Of a stretch of 64,000 bases of DNA, positions 61,303-64,000 are shown piece by piece; the first letter of the stretch is position 1, and every line of letters begins with the position of its first letter. Below the pieces are notes generated by a model. The model made no database searches. It saw nothing but the letters and a program-made list of their open reading frames with translations, and was not told the origin of the DNA. Made by a program: the position numbers and the translations under genes. This DNA is from Chrysomallon squamiferum (taxonomy: Eukaryota > Animalia > Mollusca): NCBI GenBank assembly GCA_012295275.1, contig CM022671.1, forward strand, positions 27,032,001-27,096,000, written 5' to 3'.

Positions 61303-63518
61303 AGAACTGTGTTAGGAAAACAAAAGCATTAAGTCCAAGAATCACTAAAATAATTTTCTAAAAATTAACCAGAAGAACATTTTGAGCAAATTTATCACTT
61401 TGTAGATTCTGGTAATCTAGAAAATATTCTACTTGAATTATGCTTCCAATTGCAATGAAAATAAATTTCATCAATATATTCTGTTTCCTCCATTATTAGT
61501 AAAACACCAGTCATTTTATCTATAAATATCAATTTTCCTGTAAGAGCAATGTAAAGCATTAAATATTAAAAAAAAAAAAACACCTTTACATCAACACTTA
61601 ATACTACCTCAACTATCTTACGAGAAAAAAAACAAGAAAAGAAACATTATATGGATATGAAAACTATAAGGATTATATAAATATCTGAGAAGAAAAAAAA
61701 GCCTTGTGAAACAGTGTATGCTGACATGACCAATTTTTTTACCTACAATATGAAAATGACTAGTGTGTCATGAAAAGATTTGTAGATTTAAAATCACATC
61801 ATCAAAACATTTGAAATATCTAATTTCCTTACTAAACGAAATTTAAACAAAATACTTATGTTTTTCCATAATTACTTTGTAAAGAAGACCATATTAACAA
61901 AGAGAATAAATAATATTTTGAAATAAATTGTATTTTCAGGAACTCATTAGAATATTATTTTTTCATATATATATATATATATATAATTGCTACATTCTGT
62001 CAGTTAATGACCATAAACTATGTCACAATGGATGATTTTACAAAATTTTAGGATTTTTTTTTTACCTGTTTTATTTTAGTTATTATTATTTATTTACTTA
62101 TTTACTTATTTATTTATTTATTATTATTATTAAGAAAAAAAAAAAAAAACCCAAAACCCCAAGAGGATATTTAAATAACTTTATTTGAATTACCTGAAAT
62201 TCTATACTGATTTCTAATTTTTTCATTTCATAACAAATAATCTGTTTTGTAGTGCAAAAAAAAAATAATAATTTAACAATAAAAAATAATTAAAAAGTAT
62301 GTATCTTGTTTTGTCTCTTAAAAATAAAAAATAAATTGGTCAATTTCATTTAATAAAATAAATAAATGAAATAAAAAAGATATAAAATACTCCTTAACTG
62401 CTGCCAATGACAAAATCACAAAAGACAATTAATACCAAAGTATTATGCTAAAAGCCCATATTTTCTGTTAAAAATATTTTAAATGGGACTAAAAAATAAA
62501 TAAATAAATAAAAATAAATAGATGTTTAAATATCACTTCAGTTTTGAAACTTGCAATATGTTTTATTTTGTTTCTTTTATTCTTTATATGTGTTATTGTT
62601 TTTTGTTGTAAAATTTAAGATTATAATCTATAACATTATAAAAATAAATTCCTAACTTAAAGTTGTAAAAATATTTGAAAATGGATTTCAGTTACTTTCC
62701 AATAGCTTTTTGAAAACAAAATAAAAAATTTTAAAATTTTCTTTATTATTTTGATTAAGAGTATTAAAGTTACTGGGGTTTCTGGGGGTTTTTTCAATTG
62801 TTTCCAGTAATTTTTATATGCAAAATACATTAACTTCCCACTTTTAAACTTGAATATTAATATTTGATTGTGTTCTGTAGTTAAAGAAAATAAGAATCTT
62901 AATATTAAATGTTTAATTCTGCAATATTTTACTTTTACGATTTCACTTTTAATACAGAAACAAAATACATGAAATCATTTTAAATCATTATCAGTCACAT
63001 AGTTACTTTGTTGGAATATTGTGTCAGCTATTTTAAACAAAAATATTCAGCAACAGGGGGAACAATTTTTGAAAGTTTTTAACCTTTTCAAATAAGTAAT
63101 TGAAATAATTATAAAGGTTCTGCAAATATTTGTGACCACAATGAAAATTTAAATTAAAAACCCTATGCTTTTGGAAAGGATACATTATAAATGTGTATTT
63201 TCAAACCAAGGAAATTATTTTTGAAATTTTAGGAAGCACATAAAAAAAGCAATTGTAAAATACAGCAAGGTTATTTGGTTTAACTGGTGTAAGGCACTTG
63301 TACAGGAGTTTGATGAGTTCACACACAAAAAGAAAAAACTGAAGCACATTTAATAAATTTTATATAAATTACAGTTGTAATGAAATCTTTCCATGAATTT
63401 ATTGACTCATAATTTAGTATGTAACATATAAAAATATTTTCCTATTAAAAAAAAAAAAGAATAAATTAATAAATTAATAAATAAATAAATAAATAATAAT
63501 ATTAATGATAATAATGAT

Positions 63519-63526
63519 AATAATAA

Positions 63527-63589
<63 letters not shown>
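63519..63589. repeat. (AAT)n microsatellite
   Basis: Long aat run; one of many similar AT-rich simple repeats in the window. Confidence 0.85.
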
Positions 63590-63590
<1 letters not shown>

Positions 63591-64000
63591 TATTTAACAA
63601 TGAATAATTTGTTTTATAACATGAGAAAATCAATCCATTTCTATCAGTCAATGAAATGAAGTAGGCAGCAGAAAAGGACAGAAAACATATCAGTTTGCAT
63701 AGTAATTTGAGCTGAAAAGCATAGCAATATATATATATATATATTTATAATACTTGTTCCTTCATAAAGTCAGTGTAAGTTCATATCAAAGTCAGTGGTT
63801 ATGGTGATGTATTTTTTATTTTCAGTTATTAAAAATGTATGTATAAAATTTAACGTCATAAACTTGTCATCAAATTTAAAAGCTTTCATTCTTCTATAAA
63901 AAGCAAACTCATTAAAATGTTAAATGTTAAAGATGAAAAAAAATTGTAATTATTTACATGAGATATGTATATTAAAAACAAATATTCTTAATATCCTATA

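Noticed and set aside
42000-64000. Short ORFs and GC-richer patches (e.g. 45045-45239, 52327-52515, 60554-60829)
   Set aside because: No recognisable domains or consistent exon chain; may be intergenic or part of a large intron. Small or non-coding exons cannot be excluded without RNA data.

Overview
AT-rich, microsatellite-laden animal genomic DNA, probably lophotrochozoan/mollusc (inferred from the gelsolin-like and H1 protein styles). The region 3.8-20.3 kb is a tRNA-Val locus. It has a divergent AAC/TAC pair, a decayed Tx1/L1-clade ORF1 relic, and an 11-unit ~1135-bp tandem array in which each unit carries divergent tRNA-Val(CAC)(-) and tRNA-Val(AAC)(+) genes. The last two units have each captured a processed cellular mRNA with perfect target-site duplications (TSDs). 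One is a chimeric insert (unidentified 55-nt hairpin RNA + A17 + 5'-truncated gelsolin-like cDNA + A18) inside a tRNA-Val(AAC) gene. The other is an apparently full-length, intact polyadenylated histone H1 cDNA 44 bp upstream of a tRNA-Val(CAC). This suggests a tRNA-array-targeted retrotransposition machinery acting in trans on host RNAs. Further right are two ordinary convergent spliced genes, phospholipase B-like 2 (+, 11 coding exons) and WSB1-like (-, 8 coding exons), a few non-autonomous DNA elements, and ~22 kb with no supportable coding sequence.
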